Shown here: positions 54,543 to 62,578 of the stretch, in pieces
How positions within the stretch are numbered: position 1 is the first letter of the stretch
Layout: every line of letters begins with the position of its first letter
IMG/VR virus record: IMGVR_UViG_3300045988_148900
Coordinates: 32,001-96,000 of that record
Source of the DNA: a virus
Direction: 5' to 3' (one strand)
Length of the DNA stretch: 64,000 nt
Notes under the pieces: model-generated
The model's database searches: none
What the model was told of the DNA's origin: nothing
The model's input: only the letters and a program-made list of their open reading frames with translations
Made by a program: the position numbers and the translations under genes

Positions 54543-55757
54543 CTACTGCTGCATGAGAACCGACCGAACGCAGTAAACAGCGTCGCCCAAATCTACAACA
54601 AGACTACTCGACGAACAGCTGTACTTCGTGTCTGCAGTGCTCTTCGACAGAACACCCAACAGAACCGGAATGGAGACAACAATAGCTCCGCCCGAACTCT
54701 GACCCAACTTGTATGCAAACGTATACTTCGCGTCCTCGCCATCCTTACGATGGGCCGTGACAACAAAGTCATTTGGATTGAAATCTACACGAACCGTGTC
54801 CGTAAAGTAATCCAAAGAACCGATAACCGTAAGAAGCTGACGGAAGGCACCATCCTCAACAAGAACAGACTGGTCATACAAAAAAGCACTCTTAAAAAGA
54901 GGACTCATGAAACGACCAACAGCCTCACCCGACGTGTAAGCAAAACGAAGATAATGAGAACCACCGAAATTCATCGACATGTGATCATCCGAAAAACAAG
55001 CCGAAGTGTCGCCGTCATTCGTCGCCGCAAGGGTGGACACCACGTCTACTAAAATGCGTGACAAAATACAGTCGTGGGACCCAAAGAAAGACTTCATGCG
55101 ACCCAAGATGGACCCGATGTTGATATATGAGTACCCATCACGCGTAATCAGCTGACGCTCCGACGTACGCTCCGAGTAGGCAAGCAACGACGAAAACGTC
55201 AGGAGATTCCGACGAATATGATCCCCGTCCAGCTTATCGGTCATCTGCTCGTACTGAAAATCATAAACAGACGCGTCGAAAGGCTGAGTCTCAACATAAA
55301 CCAAGTTGCCCGAAAAATAAGCATACAACCCCGGCTGACCAGAACCAGACGACGCATCCTGAGACACCAAGACAAGATGAGCCACAACGTTCCCGAAAAG
55401 CTTCTTCAGGTGAACAATAGGAATGGAAAAACCACGAAGAGTCTTGCCAGACGAATTCACAAAACGATACACAAGCTGATAAGCCGAATTGTCGTACTTG
55501 ACATAAACCCAATCCGCCGTAGCGTAAAGGTAAACATTCTTCCCAGACAACGACGCAGCGAGCTTCGACAGACAATCCAAAACATGAAGCATCGGCGTAG
55601 CCTCAAGCTTCGGAAGCGAAACATAACTCTCGTAAGGAAGACCTGACGTAACCTCCGAAATGCCGGAAATCACCTGATCAACACCATCGCCATCCAAACC
55701 ATCCAAAGGTGACATAGGATCGAAACCCGACGAACTCAAATCCTCAACATTGCTCAT
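54543..55757 (-). CDS. hypothetical protein
   Basis: 404 aa, with no motif recognised by eye. Confidence 0.5.
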   Translation of the reverse strand: MSNVEDLSSSGFDPMSPLDGLDGDGVDQVISGISEVTSGLPYESYVSLPKLEATPMLHVLDCLSKLAASLSGKNVYLYATADWVYVKYDNSAYQLVYRFVNSSGKTLRGFSIPIVHLKKLFGNVVAHLVLVSQDASSGSGQPGLYAYFSGNLVYVETQPFDASVYDFQYEQMTDKLDGDHIRRNLLTFSSLLAYSERTSERQLITRDGYSYINIGSILGRMKSFFGSHDCILSRILVDVVSTLAATNDGDTSACFSDDHMSMNFGGSHYLRFAYTSGEAVGRFMSPLFKSAFLYDQSVLVEDGAFRQLLTVIGSLDYFTDTVRVDFNPNDFVVTAHRKDGEDAKYTFAYKLGQSSGGAIVVSIPVLLGVLSKSTADTKYSCSSSSLVVDLGDAVYCVRSVLMQQ

Positions 55758-55779
55758 ATAAAATAAAAGTTAAAATTAA

Positions 55780-56688
55780 CTACTTGCCCTTCTTCTGAAC
55801 GGACGCAGCACCAAGAATACCATCACAGTAACTAACAACATCGTCTGGAGCAACCATACGCAAAGCGTCCATAAAACTCAAGTCCTCACCTCCGCTGCTA
55901 TTACGAAGCAACTCCAAAAGAGTATCGTAACTCATAATAGACGGATCGGAAGAGGTAACCGACTCCGTCTTAAAACCCGAAACCGAAAAAATATCCGACG
56001 CGGAACGTGCCACAGAGACCTCCAAAAGACTATGCCGTATCGAGTCGTTCTCTACTTCAACGTAAACAGCCTTCGGAACCCTATCCGACGTGGAAACACG
56101 ACGGTTCCGAAACAAACTACCCGGACGAACAACAGTGATACGATCATTAACAACATAGTCGGCATACTCGACATGATCATGACCAAGTAAGACCAAAGCA
56201 GGAGACGAACAACCAACAAGGTCGGAAACCGAAACCGTAAAACGACCATCCTTCTGCTCCAAGAAACCGTGATAAACCAAAAGCTGAGGCTTATCTCGTG
56301 TCTCCAAAGGAAGCTGGCCGCCAACATAGCAGTCCGGATAAGACACAACCGTGTTATCCATAAAGCCTACAACCCCCGACGCGCCCAGCGTGTACAAGGC
56401 ACAACGCTTAGCGTTCTCGTCCGCCCTATATAACATATCATGATTACCCCACACACATAGGGCGGTATAACGGCACCCGGACAGAACATCCATAACACCA
56501 TTCACCGCCTCATAAGGAACCGTAGCCTTATCGAATATATCACCACCAAGAAGAAGTGTAGCATCTAACTCGTTGGCCTTAGCAACACACCACCGAAGCT
56601 TCTGCAACACGTCATCCAAAGGATTGCCCGTCCGAACAGCACAAACCGTGTTAATATGTAAATCCGTGACAAAAAGAAACCTGCTCAT
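55780..56688 (-). CDS. Mre11/SbcD-like metallophosphoesterase nuclease
   Basis: It carries the calcineurin-like motifs VTDLH, GGDIFD, WGNHD and LLGHDH in canonical order. Confidence 0.8.
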   Translation of the reverse strand: MSRFLFVTDLHINTVCAVRTGNPLDDVLQKLRWCVAKANELDATLLLGGDIFDKATVPYEAVNGVMDVLSGCRYTALCVWGNHDMLYRADENAKRCALYTLGASGVVGFMDNTVVSYPDCYVGGQLPLETRDKPQLLVYHGFLEQKDGRFTVSVSDLVGCSSPALVLLGHDHVEYADYVVNDRITVVRPGSLFRNRRVSTSDRVPKAVYVEVENDSIRHSLLEVSVARSASDIFSVSGFKTESVTSSDPSIMSYDTLLELLRNSSGGEDLSFMDALRMVAPDDVVSYCDGILGAASVQKKGK

Positions 56689-56691
56689 AGG

Positions 56692-57015
56692 CTAAACAAG
56701 CGTATCTGCATCAACCCCAAAAATACCAAAAAGGTCTGAAATCTCCCTATAGGTAATACAAGGACCACTAAAATCCATAGTAGTACTTTCGTCCCGGAAA
56801 ACACGAACAAAGTTCTCGCCACCCGGAAAGGTGACGACAAACTCAACGCGAACCGTCGTAAAGTCAGGAAGACAGTACTCTAAAATGAAGTCCCGACCAT
56901 CTCTAATCAACTTGAAGTCACACCCATACTCCTCAGACAGAAGACGAACCAACAAAAGAGCCCGATCAAAATTAGACCCGCCAATGAAAGAACTCGAAAA
57001 ACTACCAAAAGTCAT
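56692..57015 (-). CDS. hypothetical protein
   Basis: 107 aa. Confidence 0.45.
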   Translation of the reverse strand: MTFGSFSSSFIGGSNFDRALLLVRLLSEEYGCDFKLIRDGRDFILEYCLPDFTTVRVEFVVTFPGGENFVRVFRDESTTMDFSGPCITYREISDLFGIFGVDADTLV

Positions 57016-57017
57016 AA

Positions 57018-57227
57018 CTAACCCTCCAACTTTGACTCCAACTCAAAATAATAACCAAAAGTATGCTCTTCCGGGACCCCAACGGCGGTAGCTAACTCGC
57101 ATAAGCACCCGTCTAAAGGATCACACACGTCATATAGAGAACAAGACTGACCACAAACGAAATCAGGACTATTACGAAGAACATGACGGACGCCGTCAAT
57201 CTCTACAACTACACGATCCATAAGCAA
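57018..57227 (-). CDS. hypothetical small Cys-containing protein
   Basis: 69 aa. Confidence 0.4.
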   Translation of the reverse strand: MLMDRVVVEIDGVRHVLRNSPDFVCGQSCSLYDVCDPLDGCLCELATAVGVPEEHTFGYYFELESKLEG

Positions 57228-57281
57228 ATACCAATATCTACAACCACGAACCTTGTGAACATAAAGAACAAGACCGTAACA

Positions 57282-58004
57282 TCACAACTTAACTACACTA
57301 CGAACTACACGTATCTCAACATGACACGCGCCGCGCAAGTCAAAACCACGAGCCTGAAGCTCCTCCAAAAGCTCTCGAGAACTAATCCCAGAAAAAAGAG
57401 GATTGACAGCCTCCTTGGACTCCAAAGGAGCCGTACCGTCAACTGAAAGCTCCGTGGTGACACGCGGGGCCGAAACTGGAGGCAAAGACGAAGAATCAGC
57501 CGCAGTCGCCGACAAAGGCTTCAAGTTCTTCGGAATAGACACACCTGAAACAGGAACGCCATTCCGGGCAACAACGCGACGAGACGGAACATGTAAAGAA
57601 AGACCATCCCGAACTGCCTTATTCCGCAACGCCGCAGCGCGGGACTTATTACGAGCCTGCGCGTAAGAAGTACAACACGACTTGCACCAACCCTTATGAC
57701 CATCCCTATTACGAGGATCTGGCGAAAACTCCGACAGTGGCTTCACTGTCTGACAACGAGCACAAAGCTTGATATTCTGGGCACGCATATCTGCCCTCGA
57801 CAACAAACCTAAAGCATCCCCACTCAACGACGAAACCGACGGCGTAGAACGAGAACCGCACGCCCGACGAGACGACGAACGATTGCAAGCACGCTGGCAA
57901 TCCTTACACCAGCACTGAAGACCATCCTTATTCTTGCTCGACCGCGAAAAGCTACTAACAGGCAGAACTCGACCACAATGAGAACACCGCATTACATCAC
58001 TCAT
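57282..58004 (-). CDS. protein with duplicated zinc-ribbon modules
   Basis: 240 aa. CSHCGRVLPVSSFSRSSKNKDGLQCWCKDC and CARCQTVKPLSEFSPDPRNRDGHKGWCKSC are clear tandem repeats. Confidence 0.5.
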   Translation of the reverse strand: MSDVMRCSHCGRVLPVSSFSRSSKNKDGLQCWCKDCQRACNRSSSRRACGSRSTPSVSSLSGDALGLLSRADMRAQNIKLCARCQTVKPLSEFSPDPRNRDGHKGWCKSCCTSYAQARNKSRAAALRNKAVRDGLSLHVPSRRVVARNGVPVSGVSIPKNLKPLSATAADSSSLPPVSAPRVTTELSVDGTAPLESKEAVNPLFSGISSRELLEELQARGFDLRGACHVEIRVVRSVVKL

Positions 58005-58093
58005 GACAACACTATATTAAAATCATGGAAACAGCTCCACAACGACAAAGATAATTAATGTTATTTAATTGTCAAAATGTAGAGGCCATAAAA

Positions 58094-58318
58094 CTACACA
58101 ACTTGATCACCCCAGTACCTACTGACGCGACTCAACTTCTTACCGCACCGACTACAACACTTGTAGAAAACAGGTACAACACGCTTCTTACAAGGAGAAC
58201 CACCAAAGGTAGTACTCGTAGACCAATGCGAAGCCCGACAACCACTCGAACGACGACGGGTAGTAAACACGTAAGCCACCTTATGACCAAAAAGACAACA
58301 CCACAACCTTCTAAACAT
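58094..58318 (-). CDS. hypothetical small zinc-binding protein
   Basis: 74 aa with CCLFGHK...CSRCGKK. ATG 58318. Confidence 0.35.
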   Translation of the reverse strand: MFRRLWCCLFGHKVAYVFTTRRRSSGCRASHWSTSTTFGGSPCKKRVVPVFYKCCSRCGKKLSRVSRYWGDQVV

Positions 58319-58330
58319 AACCCATGAAAA

Positions 58331-58720
58331 TCACTCACCCAAAATAGCGTCCTCAAGAGCTCGAGAAACAACGGGATGAAGAGCAATAGTATCCGAGGAC
58401 AAATCGCAAACGTAATCCAACAAAGTCTCTGAACTCAAAACAACACGCTCCCAAGCACCACACATGCGGGAAATCCGTGAACGAACAAAAGCCTCGAAAA
58501 CAAGACGATTGTCAACATCAGCCTCATCGCAACACTCCTCAGCAGCAAGCATGCGCCGAAGACGAAGCAACTCCTGCTTGGCTGGATCGTTGGCATCCCA
58601 AGAAACCCACTCATCCGAAAAATCCCAACGAGACGCGTAAAGGGCATCCAGAACACTAAAGAAACTATAAATACAATCAAAGTCGTCCTTAGACGGACGA
58701 GCCAAACTTACTCCTTTCAT
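58331..58720 (-). CDS. hypothetical protein
   Basis: 129 aa. Confidence 0.5.
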   Translation of the reverse strand: MKGVSLARPSKDDFDCIYSFFSVLDALYASRWDFSDEWVSWDANDPAKQELLRLRRMLAAEECCDEADVDNRLVFEAFVRSRISRMCGAWERVVLSSETLLDYVCDLSSDTIALHPVVSRALEDAILGE

Positions 58721-58796
58721 AAAAAAAGATTAAACGTTGGAACATTAACGCATAAACATAAAAAAACGACGCCCGAAAAAGACGTCTTGACATACT

Positions 58797-58816
58797 CCCA
58801 CGGCTAAAGCCGCGGG
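58797..58816. repeat. IS605 right-end subterminal hairpin
   Basis: cccacggc-taaa-gccgcggg, with one mismatch, overlaps the tnpB stop codon. Confidence 0.6.
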
Positions 58817-59934
58817 ATTCTTGACTCAGACATGGCCGCCACCGAGGTGGGCTTACTACCACTAATCAACGCGTCCATGCCCGAACGCCGAATGTTTAAC
58901 GCTGCGTTGAGATCACGATCATGATGCGTTCCGCACTGCGGACAAAGCCATGAACGGTCAACCAACCGAAGCTCTTTATTAACGTACCCGCATCCACTGC
59001 ACAGCTTGCTACTCGCAAACCACTTATCGACATGCACAACGTTCGTGTTGTACTTAGTAGCTACGAACTCCAAGCGCGACACGAATGATGCGTGGCTGAG
59101 ATCCGAAACCTTACGGCCCCATAAGCGACGCATACCATCAAGGATCAACGTCTCCAAGCAGATCGTAGAATAACACTGACAAAGATCATGCGCTAAGCGC
59201 CACTGATAATCGTCACGATGGTTGCTGATCCCACGATAGAGCCTGCTGAGTTCAAGACGCCGACGGCGGTGGTTATTTGAGCCTTTGACGGATTGGCTCA
59301 ACCGCCGATGCGCCTTACGGATATCACGAAGCGTCTGCTTAAAGAATTGAGGGTTCTCGTAACTGCGCCCGTCGGATAACGTCAAATACGTCTTCAAGCC
59401 AAAGTCAATGCCTACAACCGCACCATCATGTGTCGTGTTGCTGGATTCTACCTTAGCGTCGGTTACGACGTACAACCAAAAGTCGCCGCACGGAGCACGC
59501 TTAACGCGAACCGTCTTTATCGCACCATCAAAATTACGGGATTTATGAAATTTATAAGTCTTCTTAAGTCTGTTGATTGTGAAGCAATTGCCGTCTATCT
59601 TATACCCATAATGCAGCTTATAGGCAAAGGATTGAAAATCCGCGGCACATCGGAACTTAGGCGGCCGCTTGGCAAGCTTCTTGAAGAAACGTTGGTACGC
59701 AGCAGCAAGTCGCTGCAACACCTCAATGCTATTGTGTGAGTACAATAGATGCCGCTTGATGCGCTTTGTAAAATGCTTCTGCATGTCAACCGTTGAAACG
59801 TACTTGCCATACATACGGTAGTATCTACGTTGAAGCGCAAGTGCGTGGTTCCATACAAACGCACACTCCCGAAGCATCCGGTCCAACCATACGGTCCGAT
59901 GTGTCTTGTAGAGTTTGTATTTGTATGTCAACAT
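58804..59934 (-). CDS. tnpB: TnpB RNA-guided endonuclease (IS605 OrfB)
   Basis: 376 aa. It begins MLTYKYKLYKT and carries VGIDFGLKTY, ICLETLIL and HHDRDLNAALNI, plus the Zn ribbon CSGCGY...CPQCG. Confidence 0.9.
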   Translation of the reverse strand: MLTYKYKLYKTHRTVWLDRMLRECAFVWNHALALQRRYYRMYGKYVSTVDMQKHFTKRIKRHLLYSHNSIEVLQRLAAAYQRFFKKLAKRPPKFRCAADFQSFAYKLHYGYKIDGNCFTINRLKKTYKFHKSRNFDGAIKTVRVKRAPCGDFWLYVVTDAKVESSNTTHDGAVVGIDFGLKTYLTLSDGRSYENPQFFKQTLRDIRKAHRRLSQSVKGSNNHRRRRLELSRLYRGISNHRDDYQWRLAHDLCQCYSTICLETLILDGMRRLWGRKVSDLSHASFVSRLEFVATKYNTNVVHVDKWFASSKLCSGCGYVNKELRLVDRSWLCPQCGTHHDRDLNAALNIRRSGMDALISGSKPTSVAAMSESRIPRL

Positions 59935-59973
59935 TACTGTACTCTTTATGCCACAAATATAAGAATAAAATAC

Positions 59974-59981
59974 TATCTTTG
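59974..59981 (+). promoter_or_regulatory. host-type -7 box TATCTTTG upstream of tnpA
   Basis: Plus-strand tatctttg lies 12 nt upstream of ATG 59994. Confidence 0.45.
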
Positions 59982-59993
59982 CAAATAAAAACT

Positions 59994-60392
59994 ATGCGTA
60001 CACGTTGGCAGACGAATAAAGGCTCCGTCTATAATGTAGCCTATCATATCATCTGGTGCCCCAAGTACCGGAGGAAAGTTCTTACAGGAGATATTGCCGA
60101 GCGCTTCAAGGCTTTGCTCTATGAACAAGCCGCCAAGTTCGGATGGGTTATCGAGTCGCTGGAGGTCATGCCTGATCATGTACATCTATCCATTAAGGCT
60201 AATCCTATTGATCCGGTTGCGCGGATTGTGGCACAGCTTAAGGGCTACACGTCACACATGCTGCGGCTTGAATTTCCGTCGCTTCAGACGCGCATGCCGA
60301 CCCTCTGGACGCGATCCTATTACGTCGAGACGATAGGACACATTTCAGAGGATACGATACGTCGATATATTGAGGATCAGAAGAAAAAGTAG
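59994..60392 (+). CDS. tnpA: IS200/IS605 Y1 (HUH) transposase TnpA
   Basis: 132 aa from ATG 59994. It has YHIIWCPKYRR, the HUH motif PDHVHLSI and the catalytic-Tyr context WTRSYYVETIG. Confidence 0.9.
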   Translation: MRTRWQTNKGSVYNVAYHIIWCPKYRRKVLTGDIAERFKALLYEQAAKFGWVIESLEVMPDHVHLSIKANPIDPVARIVAQLKGYTSHMLRLEFPSLQTRMPTLWTRSYYVETIGHISEDTIRRYIEDQKKK

Positions 60393-60434
60393 GCTGCATT
60401 CATCCCATGCCTAAAGGCATGGGCTTTCTGCAGC
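60393..60434. repeat. IS605 left-end subterminal hairpin
   Basis: gctgca-ttcat-cccatgcc-taaa-ggcatggg-ctttc-tgcagc. Confidence 0.6.
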
Positions 60435-60465
60435 TTTAATTCGTAAACTATACAAAACAAAGACG

Positions 60466-60783
60466 CTAACGCTCCGGCGCCCCAAGCTCGCTGAAGCCCC
60501 CGAAAGGAATCGAGAAACCACGCTCCAAAGGACCTACAAGAGTGACAACAACATCTGTGCCGTCGGGCCGACACTTGCCGTAACAACCACCGAAGATAGG
60601 AACGGCACGCTGGCATAAACAAGGAGAATCCCGAAAGACACAAACACTGCACCAGCAGTAAGGCAACGCCGTAACCTCCGACGAATCCGTAGGACGCAAC
60701 AAATATAAATCCGACGCGCGCGTAACCGCATAAATGTTACCGCACAACGCAAAACGACCTCCGGCTGGAACGAAACCTCTCAT
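60466..60783 (-). CDS. hypothetical Cys-rich protein
   Basis: 105 aa from ATG 60783 (MRGFVPAGG...), with the box only 7 nt upstream. Confidence 0.45.
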   Translation of the reverse strand: MRGFVPAGGRFALCGNIYAVTRASDLYLLRPTDSSEVTALPYCWCSVCVFRDSPCLCQRAVPIFGGCYGKCRPDGTDVVVTLVGPLERGFSIPFGGFSELGAPER

Positions 60784-60790
60784 GGTATCC

Positions 60791-60804
60791 GGATATATAA
60801 TTGA
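60791..60804 (-). promoter_or_regulatory. conserved phage box, variant GGATATATAATTGA
   Basis: In the spacer between 60823-61554 and 60466-60783. Confidence 0.5.
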
Positions 60805-60822
60805 CGGCAACTGAAACAGACT

Positions 60823-61554
60823 CTACTCGTCTAAGGGCAAGCAAGACGGCTCTACTGACAGGGAGGCAACAGGAATACCCGTCAAACGAGCATCGTGGTA
60901 CCAGCATAAGTCGTAAGACGACGATAAGGACAAAAAGCCCGGCGACGCGGCATCTACCACTAACACGGAGGAGTCAAGAGTAATGCAAACCTCCGTAACA
61001 TCCAAAGAGAGAGCACACGAGGGAACAGCCCAACCATACAACACACTAAACTCCTTAAGCAGACACCTGCGGCCCGAAAAAACACGACCCGTAAGAACTC
61101 CATTCTCCGAAATCCAAACACTACCTACAGACCACCCAGAACTCTTAACAGGATGAAGCTCTAAAGACAAGTTACCCAGACGACGAATAAGAGTAAAACG
61201 ACAAGTAAAAGCGTCAGTAACGTAAGGACGAAAAGAGTAAAAGGACCGATCCCGGAAACAACTGCTATAGCGTATGTGCTGAAAAACACCCGAGCCGCAT
61301 TCATTCCACATGGAGTCCTCGAACGTCAAAGGACTAAACGGACAATAAGAACGCGCCCGAGACACATAGTCAAGCAAAATACCAACATCGCTATAACTCT
61401 CACTAAAGCTATCTACCAAAGACAAAATAGCCAAAGCAGAACTACGCAAAGCCGCATTAAACGAATCGTTGAAAGCAAGACCGCTAAGGTCGAACTCCTG
61501 ACGCGCGTAAGACGTAAAACCGCCCGACGAACGTACTACAACATCAGTATCCAT
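60823..61554 (-). CDS. hypothetical protein
   Basis: 243 aa. Confidence 0.5.
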   Translation of the reverse strand: MDTDVVVRSSGGFTSYARQEFDLSGLAFNDSFNAALRSSALAILSLVDSFSESYSDVGILLDYVSRARSYCPFSPLTFEDSMWNECGSGVFQHIRYSSCFRDRSFYSFRPYVTDAFTCRFTLIRRLGNLSLELHPVKSSGWSVGSVWISENGVLTGRVFSGRRCLLKEFSVLYGWAVPSCALSLDVTEVCITLDSSVLVVDAASPGFLSLSSSYDLCWYHDARLTGIPVASLSVEPSCLPLDE

Positions 61555-61562
61555 ACCAACAA

Positions 61563-62153
61563 CTATTTAACACGATGGGCAACACCGTCACTTATCTCGT
61601 AACAACGATCACACATGTCATCCGTCAAACGAGCGTCATGCGAAATCAACAAAATATCAAAATCAAAATCAGAGCATACCTTACGAACAAAAGACAAAAA
61701 ACGACCATAATGAGACGCACTGACCTGAGTCCACTGCTCGTCCAAAAACATAACACGACGGCTACCAAGCTTCAAGATCAAGTACAACGTGAAAACGAAG
61801 CTCACAACCGTAATAACACCACCACTCTGAGCAGTCGTCAAATCGCTAACGCAACCGTTACCGTAGTCCAGAACGAAGCAACCTCCGTCACTATCATAAA
61901 CAACCTTAGCATCCAAACCAAAGATGCTCTGAACTCCTACAGTAGCCAAGTCCTCGCACTGACGCAAACTCGAACACGTAAGCAACTCCTTAGCCTGACG
62001 TAAGTAATCCTTGCAACTCTGACATAACGTAAGCTCCGACGATAAAGAAGCACGCTGACGCTGGTAGCTATCAAGACGACTCGAACTCGACGACGCTAAC
62101 TCCCTGCAACGCCGATAAGACGAAAGAAAGGAACTATAACGGGACAAATCCAT
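61563..62153 (-). CDS. Rad50/SbcC-like ATPase, C-terminal head fragment
   Basis: 196 aa. It has the signature motif TTAQSGGV, Walker B VMFLDE and the H-loop LLISHD. Confidence 0.65.
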   Translation of the reverse strand: MDLSRYSSFLSSYRRCRELASSSSSRLDSYQRQRASLSSELTLCQSCKDYLRQAKELLTCSSLRQCEDLATVGVQSIFGLDAKVVYDSDGGCFVLDYGNGCVSDLTTAQSGGVITVVSFVFTLYLILKLGSRRVMFLDEQWTQVSASHYGRFLSFVRKVCSDFDFDILLISHDARLTDDMCDRCYEISDGVAHRVK

Positions 62154-62162
62154 AACCTAACC

Positions 62163-62543
62163 CTAAAAGTCGTCAGAACCAGCAGACGCAAAAGACCCGG
62201 AAGCACCCCCAACCCCGCCTGACGGAACGGACGGAGAACCAACCGACGGAACACCCACAACAACTGTCTCCGACGCATCTGACGACGACAAAGACGCAAA
62301 CTCACGCTCCCAAGACTCTATCTCCGATAAACGACTCGACAACTCACCCTCCAAACGAACACGATCCGAATCCAAACGCGACAACTCACTCTCCAAAGAC
62401 TCAACACTCGGACAAGAATCAAAACCAAGACTTATACACAACTCCGAAATCCGACCGTCAAGCTGACTCAAACGACCCTCAGCATCCCGAAGCTTCTGCT
62501 CAACAACTGACCGACGACGAGCTATCTCCACTAAATCAACCAT
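62163..62543 (-). CDS. coiled-coil protein (middle piece of split Rad50/SbcC-like system)
   Basis: 126 aa from ATG 62543. The sequence is heptad-like (EQKLRDAEGRLSQLDGRISEL..LESELSRLDSDRVRLEGELSSRLSEIE). Confidence 0.5.
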   Translation of the reverse strand: MVDLVEIARRRSVVEQKLRDAEGRLSQLDGRISELCISLGFDSCPSVESLESELSRLDSDRVRLEGELSSRLSEIESWEREFASLSSSDASETVVVGVPSVGSPSVPSGGVGGASGSFASAGSDDF

Positions 62544-62578
62544 AAAAAAAGATATATTAAAAATTAAAAACCAAAACA

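Larger units (their letters stand above)
58790..60440 (-). mobile_element. IS200/IS605-family insertion sequence (divergent tnpA + tnpB); boundaries approximate
   Basis: It holds a Y1 HUH tnpA and a tnpB, flanked by similar subterminal hairpins in the same orientation: 58797-58816 (cccacggc-taaa-gccgcggg) and 60404-60423 (cccatgcc-taaa-ggcatggg, within a longer stem at 60393-60434). Confidence 0.8.
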
